This document shows, piece after piece, positions 1 through 10,415 of a stretch of DNA of 64,000 nucleotides. The DNA lies in contig CBFGKC010000013.1 of assembly GCA_965649265.1 (NCBI GenBank), positions 26,879 through 90,878 on the forward strand. Reading direction: 5' to 3'. Position 1 is the stretch's first letter; each line of letters starts with the position of its first letter. Under the pieces are notes generated by a model, which was not told the DNA's origin, did no database searches, and saw only the letters and a list, made by a program, of their open reading frames with translations. The DNA comes from a candidate division WOR-3 bacterium. GTDB lineage: Bacteria; Hydrothermota; Tepidihabitantia; B3-TA06. The translations under genes and the position numbers were made by a program.

Positions 1-7
1 GGAGGCC

Positions 8-883
8 ATGCTCGAAGGTGTGCTGTCGCTCTCCCCAGAGAGTTTCATCGTTCCCGCGCACATATGGACGCCCTGGTTTTCGCTCTTCGGTTCAAAGTCG
101 GGGTTCAATTCGATAGAGGACTGTTTCGGCAGGTATACCAAGGACGTTTTTGCACTCGAGACGGGACTCTCCTCGGACCCGCCGATGAACTGGCGTCTCT
201 CGGCTCTGGACCGCTTTACCCTCATCTCGAACTCCGACGCGCACTCGCCCGCCAATATGGGGCGTGAGGCCAATCTCCTCGATATAGAGCTCTCGTATTT
301 CGAACTCAAGGAAGCGCTGCGAACTAAGGACCCCAAGAGGATGCTTGCCACGATCGAGTTTTTCCCACAGGAGGGTAAGTACCACTACGACGGACACCGT
401 ACCTGCAACGTGCGATTCACACCAAGCCAGTCGGCGGCTGCAAAAAACCGCTGCCCTGTTTGCGGAAAGCCCTTGACTCTGGGTGTCGATAACCGGGTTC
501 AGGAACTTGCCGACAGGCCGGAGGGCACGAGGCCCGAGAATGCAATCCCTTATCATTCGATCATTCCCCTGGCGGAGATAATCGCCGAAGCAAAGGGAGC
601 AGGCCGCGATTCAATGGCCGTCACGCAGGTGTACGACAGAATCACTGAGGCCGCCGGCGGTGAGTTCAGGGCGCTTCTCTGGGCTTCCGAGGAGGAACTC
701 ACGAAGGCCGCGGGGGATGCCATCGCGCAAGGCATAATGAGGATGCGAAAGGGAAGGGTGAAGGTGGAGGAGGGTTACGACGGCGTGTTCGGCAAGATAA
801 GCGTTTTCTCCGACTTCTCGAGCGTACAGGAGCAGAAGCCGGAAGATCAGGACAAAGGCAATGAACAACTTTCCCTGTTTTAG
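8..883 (+). CDS. PHP-domain endonuclease Q-like protein (probably 5'-truncated by the window edge)
   Basis: PAHIWTPWFSLFG, ETGLSSDP, SNSDAHS, GKYHYDGHR, CPVCG zinc knuckle and GYDGVFG motifs; the frame is open to the window start. Confidence 0.8.
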   Translation: MLEGVLSLSPESFIVPAHIWTPWFSLFGSKSGFNSIEDCFGRYTKDVFALETGLSSDPPMNWRLSALDRFTLISNSDAHSPANMGREANLLDIELSYFELKEALRTKDPKRMLATIEFFPQEGKYHYDGHRTCNVRFTPSQSAAAKNRCPVCGKPLTLGVDNRVQELADRPEGTRPENAIPYHSIIPLAEIIAEAKGAGRDSMAVTQVYDRITEAAGGEFRALLWASEEELTKAAGDAIAQGIMRMRKGRVKVEEGYDGVFGKISVFSDFSSVQEQKPEDQDKGNEQLSLF

Positions 884-919
884 GAAAGCAGTAACATCGA
901 TCACACCGGAGGAGGTGTC

Positions 920-1414
920 TTGAAAAAGCTTTGGGCTCCGTGGAGGATGACTTACATCAAGGATGCGGCGAGGGAAGAAAAGGAGCAGGGCTGCGTGCTC
1001 TGCAGGATAGCGGCGGAGCGAGACAAGGACGAGGAAAACCTGGTGGTCGCGCGCGGCAAGCACGTCTTCGTGGTTCTCAACCGCTTCCCTTACTCCAACG
1101 GTCACCTCATGGTCTCTCCCTACAAGCATGTAAGGGAGTTCTCGGGGCTCGCGCCGAAAGCGGTCACCGAGCTTGTTGAGTACACACAGGGAGCCATCGA
1201 TACCCTGCGGAGGATGAGCAATCCGGATGGTTTCAACGTGGGCGCAAACCTCGGACGCGTGGCGGGCGCGGGCATTGACGCTCATCTGCACATGCACGTG
1301 GTGCCGCGCTGGTCAGGCGATACGAACTTCATGCCGGTACTGGCCGACGTGAAGGTCATTGCCCAGGCGCTTGAAGAAACATGGCTGGAGCTTCGCAAAC
1401 ACTGGGAAATCTGA
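920..1414 (+). CDS. HIT-family hydrolase (Ap4A hydrolase/phosphorylase-like)
   Basis: LWAPWR, CxxC, LNRFPYSNGHLMV and HLHMHVVPRW histidine triad; SD GGAGGAGG. Confidence 0.9.
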   Translation: MKKLWAPWRMTYIKDAAREEKEQGCVLCRIAAERDKDEENLVVARGKHVFVVLNRFPYSNGHLMVSPYKHVREFSGLAPKAVTELVEYTQGAIDTLRRMSNPDGFNVGANLGRVAGAGIDAHLHMHVVPRWSGDTNFMPVLADVKVIAQALEETWLELRKHWEI

Positions 1415-1426
1415 CCGGCTTCTTCC

Positions 1427-1454
1427 TTGATTTTTTTCCCCTGCAAGTTACAAT
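1427..1454 (+). promoter_or_regulatory. sigma70-type promoter, probably leaderless, for recG
   Basis: TTGATT-16 nt-TACAAT ending 6 nt before the ATG at 1461; no SD. Confidence 0.5.
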
Positions 1455-1460
1455 AAGCCG

Positions 1461-3545
1461 ATGAGAGGAACCGCAAAGGATCGGATGTCGCTCGAAATGC
1501 CGGTTCAATACGTTAAAGGTATCGGTCCCGCACGTGCCCTGAGGCTTGAGCGCCTCGGAATCAAGACGGTTGAGGATCTGCTTTTCCATCTGCCCGCAAG
1601 GTACATTGACCGCTCGAACCCTATCGCCCTCTCAAAGGTCGAACTTGGCAGGGAAGCGACGGTCGTTGTGAAGGTTCTCGGTTCGAAGTTCCGCTACTCG
1701 CGGCGGGGACCGATACTGGAGCTGCTCGCCTCGGAGGACGGAGACTTTTCCTCTCAGATATTCGTCTTGTGGTTCAACAGACCCGATCTGCGAGGCAAGT
1801 TCAAGGACGGCGAACGGCTCATACTTTCAGGGCAGGTGAGTTTTTACGGCCAGCGCCAGATGATAAACCCTTTTTTCGAACGGTTCGATGAAAACCCCGA
1901 CTTCTTTGAGCGTGCCGTCTTTCCAATCTATCCTTTGACGGAAGGGCTTGCTGCGTGGGAGATTCGAAAAGCGGTCGCGAAAGTTCTCGACGAGATAGAG
2001 GACATTCCCGAAACCCTCACGGATGAGACGCTCGAGCGCATGCGCCTGCCCGGGATACGTCGGACCCTTGAGATGGTGCATAGACCGAGAAACGCCTCTG
2101 AACCTGCGGTTGCCGTGAACCGGTTACGTTACGAGGAACTGTTTTACCTTCAAACTGTCGTAACACTGCGCAGGAAGGCACTCGACGAGAATCTCTCGGC
2201 AAAGCCTCTTTCAGGGGACGGCAGGCTGACTGCGGCATTGACCGCGGGGCTGCCCTTCACCCTCACGGACGACCAGCGAAAAGCGATGGAGGAGATAGCG
2301 TCCGACGTTCGGAGAACGAGGCCGATGCACAGGTTGCTCGAGGGGGACGTGGGATCGGGAAAGACCGTGGTCGCGCTTTACGCCATGCTTCGCGCCGTCG
2401 AGTGCGGGATGCAGGGCGTGCTCATGGCTCCCACAGAACTGCTTGCGGAGCAGCATTACAACGGCTGGAGAGAGCGACTCGAGAGCATCGGCGCCAGGTC
2501 GCTTCTGCTCACGGGAAGCATCGCCGCGGCCCGGAAGGAGGAGTGCTCGAGGATGATAGCGTCCGGAGAGGCCAATGTCGTTTTCGGCACGCATGCGTTG
2601 ATAGAGGAGCACGTTAAATTCGCGAATCTCGGACTGGTCGTTGTCGATGAGCAGCATCGCTTCGGGGTCATGCAGCGTGCGGCGCTGAGGGACAAGGGAG
2701 AGGAAACGCCGCACCTTTTAGTCATGTCCGCGACACCCATTCCGAGAACGCTCACCATGACTTATTACGGCGACTTGAACCTTTCGATACTCAAGGACAA
2801 GCCCAAGGGAAGGGCGGAACGCAGGACTGACATCGCGTACGAGAGCCGAAGAGCCGGGGTTTACCGCTGGCTCAAGGAGAAGCTCGAGGAGGGCGACCGC
2901 GCTTACGTTGTCGCGCCTCTCATTGACGAATCGGAGAAGCTCGACGTATCATCGGCCAAGGAGACGTACGAGGAACTCAAGGAGCTTTTGGGCGAGGAGC
3001 GGATAGCCCTGCTTCACGGAAGGATAAGGCCAAGGGAGAGGACGGAAACAATGGAACGTTTCCGCACAGGCGAGGTAAACGTTCTCGTTTCGACGACGGT
3101 GATAGAGGTGGGTGTTGACGTACCCGAGGCGACGATAATGATAATTCGCCACCCGGAACGCTTCGGCCTGGCTCAGCTCCACCAGCTGAGAGGAAGGATA
3201 GGGAGGGGGGCCAGGCCGTCAAGGTGCGTGCTGCTTTTGCCTTCAGGGCTGCCTGAGGAATCGAGAAAACGTCTTTCCTTTTTCTCGCAAACCGAAGACG
3301 GCTTTGCTCTGGCGGAGGAGGATTTGCGGCTCAGGGGACCCGGAGAAATCATGGGAACGCGGCAGCACGGGCTTCCCGATCTCAGGGTGGCGGATCTTGT
3401 ACGGGACAGGGAATTGCTCGAGCTGGCAAAGAGGGACGCGGGCGAAATCATAAACAGAGATCCGACGCTAAAGGAAAATCAGCGAATCGCCCGGACTATC
3501 CGCAGGCGATACTCGCAGGCCATTGAGCTTTTAGGAGTAGCATGA
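1461..3545 (+). CDS. recG: ATP-dependent DNA helicase RecG
   Basis: KGIGP N-terminus, GDVGSGKT, DEQHRFG, MSATPIPRT, QLHQLRGRIGRG, DLRLRGPGE. Confidence 0.97.
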   Translation: MRGTAKDRMSLEMPVQYVKGIGPARALRLERLGIKTVEDLLFHLPARYIDRSNPIALSKVELGREATVVVKVLGSKFRYSRRGPILELLASEDGDFSSQIFVLWFNRPDLRGKFKDGERLILSGQVSFYGQRQMINPFFERFDENPDFFERAVFPIYPLTEGLAAWEIRKAVAKVLDEIEDIPETLTDETLERMRLPGIRRTLEMVHRPRNASEPAVAVNRLRYEELFYLQTVVTLRRKALDENLSAKPLSGDGRLTAALTAGLPFTLTDDQRKAMEEIASDVRRTRPMHRLLEGDVGSGKTVVALYAMLRAVECGMQGVLMAPTELLAEQHYNGWRERLESIGARSLLLTGSIAAARKEECSRMIASGEANVVFGTHALIEEHVKFANLGLVVVDEQHRFGVMQRAALRDKGEETPHLLVMSATPIPRTLTMTYYGDLNLSILKDKPKGRAERRTDIAYESRRAGVYRWLKEKLEEGDRAYVVAPLIDESEKLDVSSAKETYEELKELLGEERIALLHGRIRPRERTETMERFRTGEVNVLVSTTVIEVGVDVPEATIMIIRHPERFGLAQLHQLRGRIGRGARPSRCVLLLPSGLPEESRKRLSFFSQTEDGFALAEEDLRLRGPGEIMGTRQHGLPDLRVADLVRDRELLELAKRDAGEIINRDPTLKENQRIARTIRRRYSQAIELLGVA

Positions 3546-4510
3546 ACAAATATTTTTTCTTCATTCCCGCCGCACTAATCCTCGCGGCAGGCTGCAAGGA
3601 GTTCAAACATGCCTCGGTTGGAGGCGCGCGCGACGTTTTGATATTCACCAACCACAAGGATTTGGTCGAAAACGAGATAGCCCTTGCTCTGGAGAAACCC
3701 GTGTACACCCCGGAGCCGGGCCCCGAGTTCGCAGTCGATTACATGGAAAGGAGCCAGCTGGAAGGCCATCTATATTACCACAGCTTGTTTTTTGTGGGGC
3801 TCGAATCGGATCCAATAATAAAAGAGAATTTCCCGAATTTTTCCGCCAACGATTCTTTTGCCCTTTACCGGATCGAAGACCCCTGGGCAAAGGGACAAAC
3901 GGTGCTGTTGTTTCTTGCCAGGGACACGACCACGCTTCTGTTCGGTCTTGGGAGCATGAAGGAGAAGATATACGAGACCTTCAAGTACAAACTTCTCGAG
4001 AGGCTCTCCGCCATGACTTACGAGAAGGGCGACGACTCAAAGCTCTCGCAGCAAGCCGAAAAGTACGGTTTCAAAATAAAAGTCCCGCGTGAATGGTATT
4101 TCCACGATAATTACGCGAAAGACGGTTTTATCTGGATTAATACCCATGATCCGGACCGGGTCATATTCGTCTACCGGGAGCCGCGTGAACGCGAGGATCT
4201 TTCCGTGCATTCGATGCTAGCCCTTCGCGACAGTCTTACGAAGCGCTTCTATGAGGGCGATTACATGGATACGACTTTCCTGACTGCGGGACCTTCTTAC
4301 TTCAGGGGTCTGAAGGCTACAAAAATCGAGGGTCTTTGGCAAAACGATTCGTTGATTATCGGCGGCCCAATGGTCGGTTTCGCCTACAACGAAGGCGGCA
4401 AATTCTGGATGGTTGACGCCATGCTGTTTTATCCCACGTCCGCGGCAAAAAAACTTTTCTGGTTGAATCAACTTGAAGTAATACTGGCTACATTTGAGCC
4501 GTTGAAGTGA
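3542..4510 (+). CDS. putative lipoprotein (DUF4837-like)
   Basis: Lipobox LAAGC; WAKGQ and GLW..IGGP motifs; ATGA overlap with recG. Confidence 0.6.
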   Translation: MNKYFFFIPAALILAAGCKEFKHASVGGARDVLIFTNHKDLVENEIALALEKPVYTPEPGPEFAVDYMERSQLEGHLYYHSLFFVGLESDPIIKENFPNFSANDSFALYRIEDPWAKGQTVLLFLARDTTTLLFGLGSMKEKIYETFKYKLLERLSAMTYEKGDDSKLSQQAEKYGFKIKVPREWYFHDNYAKDGFIWINTHDPDRVIFVYREPREREDLSVHSMLALRDSLTKRFYEGDYMDTTFLTAGPSYFRGLKATKIEGLWQNDSLIIGGPMVGFAYNEGGKFWMVDAMLFYPTSAAKKLFWLNQLEVILATFEPLK

Positions 4511-5616
4511 GCTTGAAGGTTTACCTTTCGACCTCCGAGCGTTCGGGCTTTGTCTATGCCCGGCTTCTCAGCAGGGAGCTTAAAAGGATGGACCCTGACG
4601 TCGAGATATACGGCTTGACTGAAAGTGCAGCCGTAAAAGCCGGCTCGCAGGAGCTTGCACCCGTCGGTTTCGTTCAAGGCGCCAGGGCTTCCGGAAACGT
4701 TCTCGACAGGGTGAAAGATATCGAGCGCGAAGTTCGCCTCATAAATCCCGACTTGTTCCTCGCAGTCGCGTGGTCGGAACCGAACATCGTTTTAGGCATG
4801 CGATTGAGGGACATGAAAGGGATGCGCCGCGTGTTCTTTGCGCCCCCGCAGCTTTGGGCATGGGGGAGATGGAGAACCTCTCTTCTCAAAAAGGGATACC
4901 ACTTGCTGCTCGCCTTGTATCCCAGAGAAGCCTTGTTCCTGAAATCGCTCGGTCTCAACGCGGTGTATGCCGGAAATCCTCTTAAAGGATTCATAGAGCC
5001 TTATTTCCTGCAACGCCGCGAGAAAGGATATAATTCCCAAAAAATCGCCCTTCTTCCTGGCACGAGAGATAACGAGAAGAGCACGAATTTACGGCTTCTC
5101 AGGGAATTCGTAAAAGAGTGGAGAAAGATAAACCCGGGCTACACTTTTTCGTGGCTTTTCCTGACTGCCGGGGAGGCCGAAGCCGAAAGAGCGTTCATGG
5201 GGGAGGGGGAGGTGGCCGTCGCAGGTGACGCGAGATTCCGGGAACTGGCCTCTGCAAGGCTTGCCCTTGTTACTTCAGGTACGGCGTCGCTGGAGACGGC
5301 GCTGGCAGGCGTGCCCCAAATCGTATTCTACTGCATGCCCGGACTTGAACTTGCACTTGCACGTGTGCTTACGAGAGTCAGGTGTTTTGCCCTGCCGAAT
5401 CTGGTAATGGGAAGAAATGTAGTCATTGAGAGAATCAATCCCAAAAAGCCCGATCTGGTGGCACTTTCGCAACAAATGTTGTCTGAAGAGCGGTCAGGTT
5501 GCGGTCTTGGAGAACTTATTCATTCGGAACTTACCCCCTTGACAAACGGGAGTCTTTCCTTAGAGTTATTATTAATTGATAATAGGATCGGAAGAATCCG
5601 AACCAAGGAGGCATAA
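4507..5616 (+). CDS. lpxB: lipid-A-disaccharide synthase-like glycosyltransferase (divergent)
   Basis: ERSG, PPQLWAW, YAGNPL, IALLPGTR, TSGTASLETAL, ALPNLV motifs. Confidence 0.7.
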   Translation: MSLKVYLSTSERSGFVYARLLSRELKRMDPDVEIYGLTESAAVKAGSQELAPVGFVQGARASGNVLDRVKDIEREVRLINPDLFLAVAWSEPNIVLGMRLRDMKGMRRVFFAPPQLWAWGRWRTSLLKKGYHLLLALYPREALFLKSLGLNAVYAGNPLKGFIEPYFLQRREKGYNSQKIALLPGTRDNEKSTNLRLLREFVKEWRKINPGYTFSWLFLTAGEAEAERAFMGEGEVAVAGDARFRELASARLALVTSGTASLETALAGVPQIVFYCMPGLELALARVLTRVRCFALPNLVMGRNVVIERINPKKPDLVALSQQMLSEERSGCGLGELIHSELTPLTNGSLSLELLLIDNRIGRIRTKEA

Positions 5617-7739
5617 TGAAAAGCAAAGGTGTTTTAATTCTGAGCGGGCTTCTGATCTTTATAACAACACTCTCCGCGAGAAAAAGCTGGATTGAGACTA
5701 CCCAGGAGGATTTCCGAGACGGAGATTTCAGCTCTGCGCTCTACGCTGCCGATACAGGTGTGGCAGTCGACGGGGCGGTGGAGATGATTCAAGTCCGCGA
5801 CATCGATAAAAACGGCAACTACGATTTAATCATATCCAACAGCCGCAGCGGAACACTTTCAGCGCCTGATTCCGCGTATTACTCCTACTGCTATGAGAAT
5901 ACGACCCTCACGGATTCTATCTTCGGATGGAACAGCTCTGCCAATCTCGTTGCCGACTACGACAATGACGGATATCCCGATGTCATTCTTTCCTCTTATA
6001 GCAACGAGGCAGCCCAGACAAACTTGTGGACCCATATTTATTACGGTCCGGATTTTAACCGAAAGGACAGTATTCAAACCGGTTATCATGCCATGGGAAT
6101 CAGCACGGCAGATCTTGACAACAACGGATACCTCGATTTGATTATCTCTAACCTTGAAGGTCGAGCCGTTATTAAATACGGTGGACCCGGAGGCGTTCTG
6201 GACACACTCACGTGTGCACGGTGCTACTCAAACGCCGTTGCCGACCTTGACGAGGACGGCGACCTTGACATCGTACTCGCCGGAGCGACCGGATTGATTT
6301 TCAACGGGCCGGGCTATACGTCACCTTTGACCGTTCCGGGCATAGATTCTCTTACGGACGTTTCCATTGCCGACATCGACAGCGACGGGAATCTGGATCT
6401 TGTATTCTCGGCATTCGGAGATACTTCTTATGTTGTATACGGTCCCGGCTATACCAGCCGCGAGAAAATGCCGACGTTTAACGCCATGGGTGTCACCGTT
6501 GCCGATCTTGACGGCGATGACAATCTTGATATCGTATTCTCTAACTTTTCCGACAATCTCGGGCAGGATTCCAGATCGTACGTATATTATGGTCCCATAG
6601 CGGAAACCAACATTCCCGATCAGGTTTCCACCTTCAGGTCCATTGGCAACATGGTTGCCGATTTTGACGTTGACGGCGACCTTGAGGTTTGCTTCACGAA
6701 CTCCATGACGCCTGATTCAGCGTCGTACGACGCTTATTCCTATATCTTTGAGGCTTCGGATTTCTCGGTATTCGACAGTGTTCCGAGCTTCGGTGCCCAT
6801 ATGAGTACCAACATGGATCTGGGGAACGTTTACGACAGGTCTAACACCGAATATTACGTTTCTTCAGTGTTCGACGCAGGAAGAACGGCCGACTGGGATT
6901 CGGTGTTCTATACGGCGGTTGCACCTGTGGGTTCGCAATTCGAGTTTTTTGTCCAGACGGGTGACACTATAGTTCCCGACAGCACCTGGAGCGGCTGGGT
7001 CAGGAGAGTCTCGGGTGATACCCTGGCAGACAGCCTGGCCTCACGTTACATCCGTTACAGGGTATTGATGGGGACCAATTACCTGCAAGGACCCAGGCTC
7101 GATGAAGTCAGGATATGCTATCCCGGAATTCCGGATGTTTCGCCTGACAGTCTTGTTTCCCCGAATCCGGCAGCGGTAACCGATTGCGGTACCCAGTTGA
7201 TTGTTGTAAGGGTCGCGAACTTCAGTGAAGACTCACTCGTTTTCCCCGTTCACTGTATAATCGACAGTCTTGGAACCAACCTTTTTGACAGCACCATCAA
7301 CCTTACGCTTCAGCCGAACGACAGCCAGCTGGTTTCCTTCGGCAGCGTATATGTCTGTCCCTCAGAAAGCTTGTGGATAATAACCGAGCTTGCAGAAGAT
7401 ATCGTCAAGAGCAACGACACTCTCTTCTGCGTTCTGGGTGGCACGGCTGTAACGGAGATGCCCGTCGCTGCGGTCACTAACCTATCATTATCGCAGGGCG
7501 GCGGCTCTATTTCCGTTTCTTACTCCCTTGCAAACGACGATAAGGTTTCCTTATCGATTTATGATGCGTCGGGCAGACTGGTCAAACTGCTTGATGCCGG
7601 AGAAAAGAGAAAAGGCCTGCACACCGTCAACTGGAACTCATTGAGCGGCACGGGCTCGCGAGCGAGTTCCGGCGTATACTTCGTCAGACTGGAGACGACC
7701 TCTTCGGTCATCTCACGCAAAGTGGTTCTTGTTGACTAG
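5616..7739 (+). CDS. secreted FG-GAP/VCBS-repeat protein with C-terminal FlgD-Ig/T9SS-A-like sorting domain
   Basis: Signal peptide; about 7 ADLDxDGxLDIV repeats; C-terminal LSIYDASGRLVK...GVYFVRL. Confidence 0.85.
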   Translation: MKSKGVLILSGLLIFITTLSARKSWIETTQEDFRDGDFSSALYAADTGVAVDGAVEMIQVRDIDKNGNYDLIISNSRSGTLSAPDSAYYSYCYENTTLTDSIFGWNSSANLVADYDNDGYPDVILSSYSNEAAQTNLWTHIYYGPDFNRKDSIQTGYHAMGISTADLDNNGYLDLIISNLEGRAVIKYGGPGGVLDTLTCARCYSNAVADLDEDGDLDIVLAGATGLIFNGPGYTSPLTVPGIDSLTDVSIADIDSDGNLDLVFSAFGDTSYVVYGPGYTSREKMPTFNAMGVTVADLDGDDNLDIVFSNFSDNLGQDSRSYVYYGPIAETNIPDQVSTFRSIGNMVADFDVDGDLEVCFTNSMTPDSASYDAYSYIFEASDFSVFDSVPSFGAHMSTNMDLGNVYDRSNTEYYVSSVFDAGRTADWDSVFYTAVAPVGSQFEFFVQTGDTIVPDSTWSGWVRRVSGDTLADSLASRYIRYRVLMGTNYLQGPRLDEVRICYPGIPDVSPDSLVSPNPAAVTDCGTQLIVVRVANFSEDSLVFPVHCIIDSLGTNLFDSTINLTLQPNDSQLVSFGSVYVCPSESLWIITELAEDIVKSNDTLFCVLGGTAVTEMPVAAVTNLSLSQGGGSISVSYSLANDDKVSLSIYDASGRLVKLLDAGEKRKGLHTVNWNSLSGTGSRASSGVYFVRLETTSSVISRKVVLVD

Positions 7740-7755
7740 AATATTTCTTGATTTA

Positions 7756-7789
7756 AGATCGGGGGGAGGGACTCCCCCCGATCTGTTTT
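7756..7789 (+). terminator. intrinsic terminator
   Basis: AGATCGGGGGGAG-GGA-CTCCCCCCGATCT 13-bp stem followed by GTTTT. Confidence 0.75.
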
Positions 7790-7798
7790 AGGAGCGGC

Positions 7799-8185
7799 GT
7801 GCACAGGTTTTCGTTAAAAGATCATTGGCACAACCTGTATCTCGCGGTCAATGTCTTAATCTGGGCAACCTTGATAATCATTCTGGCTCTTCGGGCAAGG
7901 CCGGTCTTCCTCTCAACAGGAATAATCATCGGAATATGCTCGATGCTGTCCGTCGTATCATGTGCCGTTCTCATAAGACCCGGAAAACGTCTTGCGGGAG
8001 GTATTGCTCAAATAATCGCATGGGCCGGTTTGATTCTCGCAACGATCTTTCTTGTTCCGGCAGCCCTCAAGCTCGCGGTCGTTCTTTTCATCCCGTGCGC
8101 GGCGGCAAGCCTCGCGAGTTTTGCCCTGCTGGGCGGTCTTGGAAAACGGTTGGAGCGCCAGTTGAATGATGCAATGAGGAAGTAA
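7799..8185 (+). CDS. hypothetical 4-TM membrane protein
   Basis: Four hydrophobic segments; SD AGGAG before GTG. Confidence 0.6.
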   Translation: MHRFSLKDHWHNLYLAVNVLIWATLIIILALRARPVFLSTGIIIGICSMLSVVSCAVLIRPGKRLAGGIAQIIAWAGLILATIFLVPAALKLAVVLFIPCAAASLASFALLGGLGKRLERQLNDAMRK

Positions 8186-8260
8186 CACTCTTCTTTAGAG
8201 ATAGGCAACCCTCACAGAACCCTTGACTCCCTGACTACACCCTTTATGTGGTTTCGCCCG

Positions 8261-8527
8261 TTATCTGTTGCGTTGTCCCTTTTTTATGAAGTAGCCGGCC
8301 GATATCCCGAAGGACACCGTAAAGAAGATAATGGCTGCAATCATCCAGCCCACGGGCAGCCTGACTGCGTTGACGCCGAACAGGTAGCACCCGCCCAGAA
8401 AAAAAAGTATACCGACCCACATGAACAGTCTTGACCAGCTTTTTCTGCGGTAGGCGGTTGCGAGCCATGCGAAGACGCTGAAGAGGAGAACCGCACCCAG
8501 GGCTATAGCAAATACGATGAGTATCAA
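8261..8527 (-). CDS. small hypothetical membrane protein
   Basis: Three hydrophobic segments; TTG start at 8527 overlaps the upstream stop (TTGA); the ORF track extends it to 8599. Confidence 0.55.
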   Translation of the reverse strand: MILIVFAIALGAVLLFSVFAWLATAYRRKSWSRLFMWVGILFFLGGCYLFGVNAVRLPVGWMIAAIIFFTVSFGISAGYFIKKGQRNR

Positions 8528-8868
8528 CTTGAGACCTTTCTTTGAGCAGATTTTGCAGTTTCGGTTATCACGAGCAGCGCCGTGCTCCATCCAAGGCACA
8601 GGCTGAGGGCAAGCGCACCTGCCAGAATCCAGACGAGTGCATCGAAGAAGATGACGAGCACCAGCCCGGCAATCGCCAACAAGACGAGGGCCGGTATGCT
8701 CCAGAGCAATCTTCGGGAAGTTTTTTCCAGGTTCGATGAATCCAGCACTTCGAAAAGATCAACCGGGACACGGCCCGTTCGGAGAAAAATCCACATCATG
8801 AACAATGCGGCGGAAGTGACAATGAGAAGGCCGGTGAAAACCATGAGTAGAATCAGAGACCAGTGCAT
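8524..8868 (-). CDS. hypothetical membrane protein
   Basis: Three TM segments; TTGACA-16-TATTCT promoter 7 nt before the ATG. Confidence 0.65.
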   Translation of the reverse strand: MHWSLILLMVFTGLLIVTSAALFMMWIFLRTGRVPVDLFEVLDSSNLEKTSRRLLWSIPALVLLAIAGLVLVIFFDALVWILAGALALSLCLGWSTALLVITETAKSAQRKVSS

Positions 8869-9017
8869 TGTTGTGAGAATAATTGATTATGCGAATATGT
8901 CAAGAGAAACGGGCGTGCAATCGGCAATCAACAAATGAAGTATCCCACTTTTGTTGTTACCTTCTTTTTTTGACCGGGCAGACCCGTGCGCCCATTTTCC
9001 GCCGCAAGGGGAACCTC

Positions 9018-9599
9018 TCAGGTGGCCTTGCCTGGTTTCTTTCGTGGTTTCGGTCTCAAGACGCCCTGGAACAACCCCAGGCCCCTCTGGGTCTTCTTTT
9101 TTTGCTCTCTTGGTTTTCCGATTATTGTTCTCAAAATACCCGGTTCCCTTGGGCTCGAGCGCTCCACCGTGATTGCCGTGATTATATCTCTCAGCGTCGA
9201 GAAGAATGATTCCTTCTTCTCGTCCGGTATGTGGCGCAGTATTCTGCGCATGCCGGCCTGCGTGTTGCGGTTGATGCGTTCGGTTATCTCGCCGCCCCTG
9301 GGCGTTAATCTTATGAGAACCTCCCTGCGGTCTTTATCCGAGTTCTCGCGCATGACGAGCCCGCTGCGGACCAGCCGGTCTATCATCGCGGTTATACTGC
9401 CCGGCGTCGTTCCCATCTGCCTTGCAAGCTCACCTACCACTGCCCTTTCCTTTCTTGCAAGAAGGGAGAGAACGAAAAACTGGTTAAGGGTGATGTCCAT
9501 GCCGGGAACGCGCGGCTCCAAAAGACGCAGGCTGCGAACCATGTCAGGCATCATCTCTTCCAGTTGACACATCAGCTCGACATCAAGTTCTCTGCTCAT
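9018..9599 (-). CDS. MarR-family transcriptional regulator
   Basis: ITLNQFFVL...VGELA...TAMIDRLVRSGLVMR...DRREVLIRLT winged helix; basic tail. Confidence 0.9.
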   Translation of the reverse strand: MSRELDVELMCQLEEMMPDMVRSLRLLEPRVPGMDITLNQFFVLSLLARKERAVVGELARQMGTTPGSITAMIDRLVRSGLVMRENSDKDRREVLIRLTPRGGEITERINRNTQAGMRRILRHIPDEKKESFFSTLRDIITAITVERSSPREPGILRTIIGKPREQKKKTQRGLGLFQGVLRPKPRKKPGKAT

Positions 9600-9816
9600 G
9601 ACTCGTGAAGAATAATCACTAAATTTGACGTGTCAACTATCTCGATTCGGTTCGATAATCCGAGGGGATATGTCGTGAATACCTTGCGGCGATTCCGGCT
9701 ATCTTTCCACTCCCGCGAATAAGGCGGGATATTCGTTTTCAGGTGTCCACGTCGTATAACACTTTCAGGTCAATTTTACTATCTCTTCACTTCAGCGAAA
9801 ATGAGAATTGTTTTAA

Positions 9817-9852
9817 GGGGTCCCCGGGAAAACGTTTCACGTTTTCCCGGGG
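9817..9852. repeat. intergenic palindrome, dispersed family copy 1
   Basis: GGGGT then CCCCGGGAAAACGT-TTC-ACGTTTTCCCGGGG (14-bp perfect stem) between divergent genes. Confidence 0.6.
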
Positions 9853-9900
9853 TAATTTTTACCTTGACATAGGGAGCGTTTGCAATAGAATTTATATGAT

Positions 9901-10236
9901 ATGGAAGATGAAAAACGCGCCCAGGCGGCAATAGGATACATACCGCCCTTTTTCTGGATTCCTCTCTGGCTTGCGCAAGACGCGCCGTTGGCGAAGCATC
10001 ACGGCAGGCAGGCGCTCGTTATCTTCATTGCGACCGTAATCACCTGGCTTGTGTTTCTGATTCTGCGATTCCTCCTTGGCTGGATCGCGCCATTCAAATA
10101 CTTCCTATTGGTCTTCGAGGGCGCTCTCTACTTCATCTACATCGTCTTTACCGTATGGGGCATAGTGAAGGCTGCACGCGGCGAGTTCTGGCGCATCCCT
10201 ATACTCGGCGCGTACTCCGACCGACTCAAAGTATAA
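9901..10236 (+). CDS. DUF4870-like small membrane protein
   Basis: HGRQAL and GIVKAARGEFWRIPILG motifs, 3 TM; TTGACA-16-TAGAAT upstream. Confidence 0.75.
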   Translation: MEDEKRAQAAIGYIPPFFWIPLWLAQDAPLAKHHGRQALVIFIATVITWLVFLILRFLLGWIAPFKYFLLVFEGALYFIYIVFTVWGIVKAARGEFWRIPILGAYSDRLKV

Positions 10237-10241
10237 TAAAA

Positions 10242-10280
10242 CCCAAAAAGAATCCTTCAGATTCTTTTTGGGGTCCCCCT
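10242..10280. repeat. palindrome, family copy 2 (could also act as a terminator)
   Basis: CCCAAAAAGAATC-CTTCA-GATTCTTTTTGGG followed by GTCCCCCT. Confidence 0.55.
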
Positions 10281-10415
10281 CCCGAACAAATCTCGACAAT
10301 TTTTTTACGAGTCACAAACACGTTCGTTATTCTTGGGTGACGTACCCTTATCTTGACAAAGGACAAACTGGCGAGTAGTCTTACATGAGACTTAAAGGAA
10401 AAGGAGGTTATCCTT

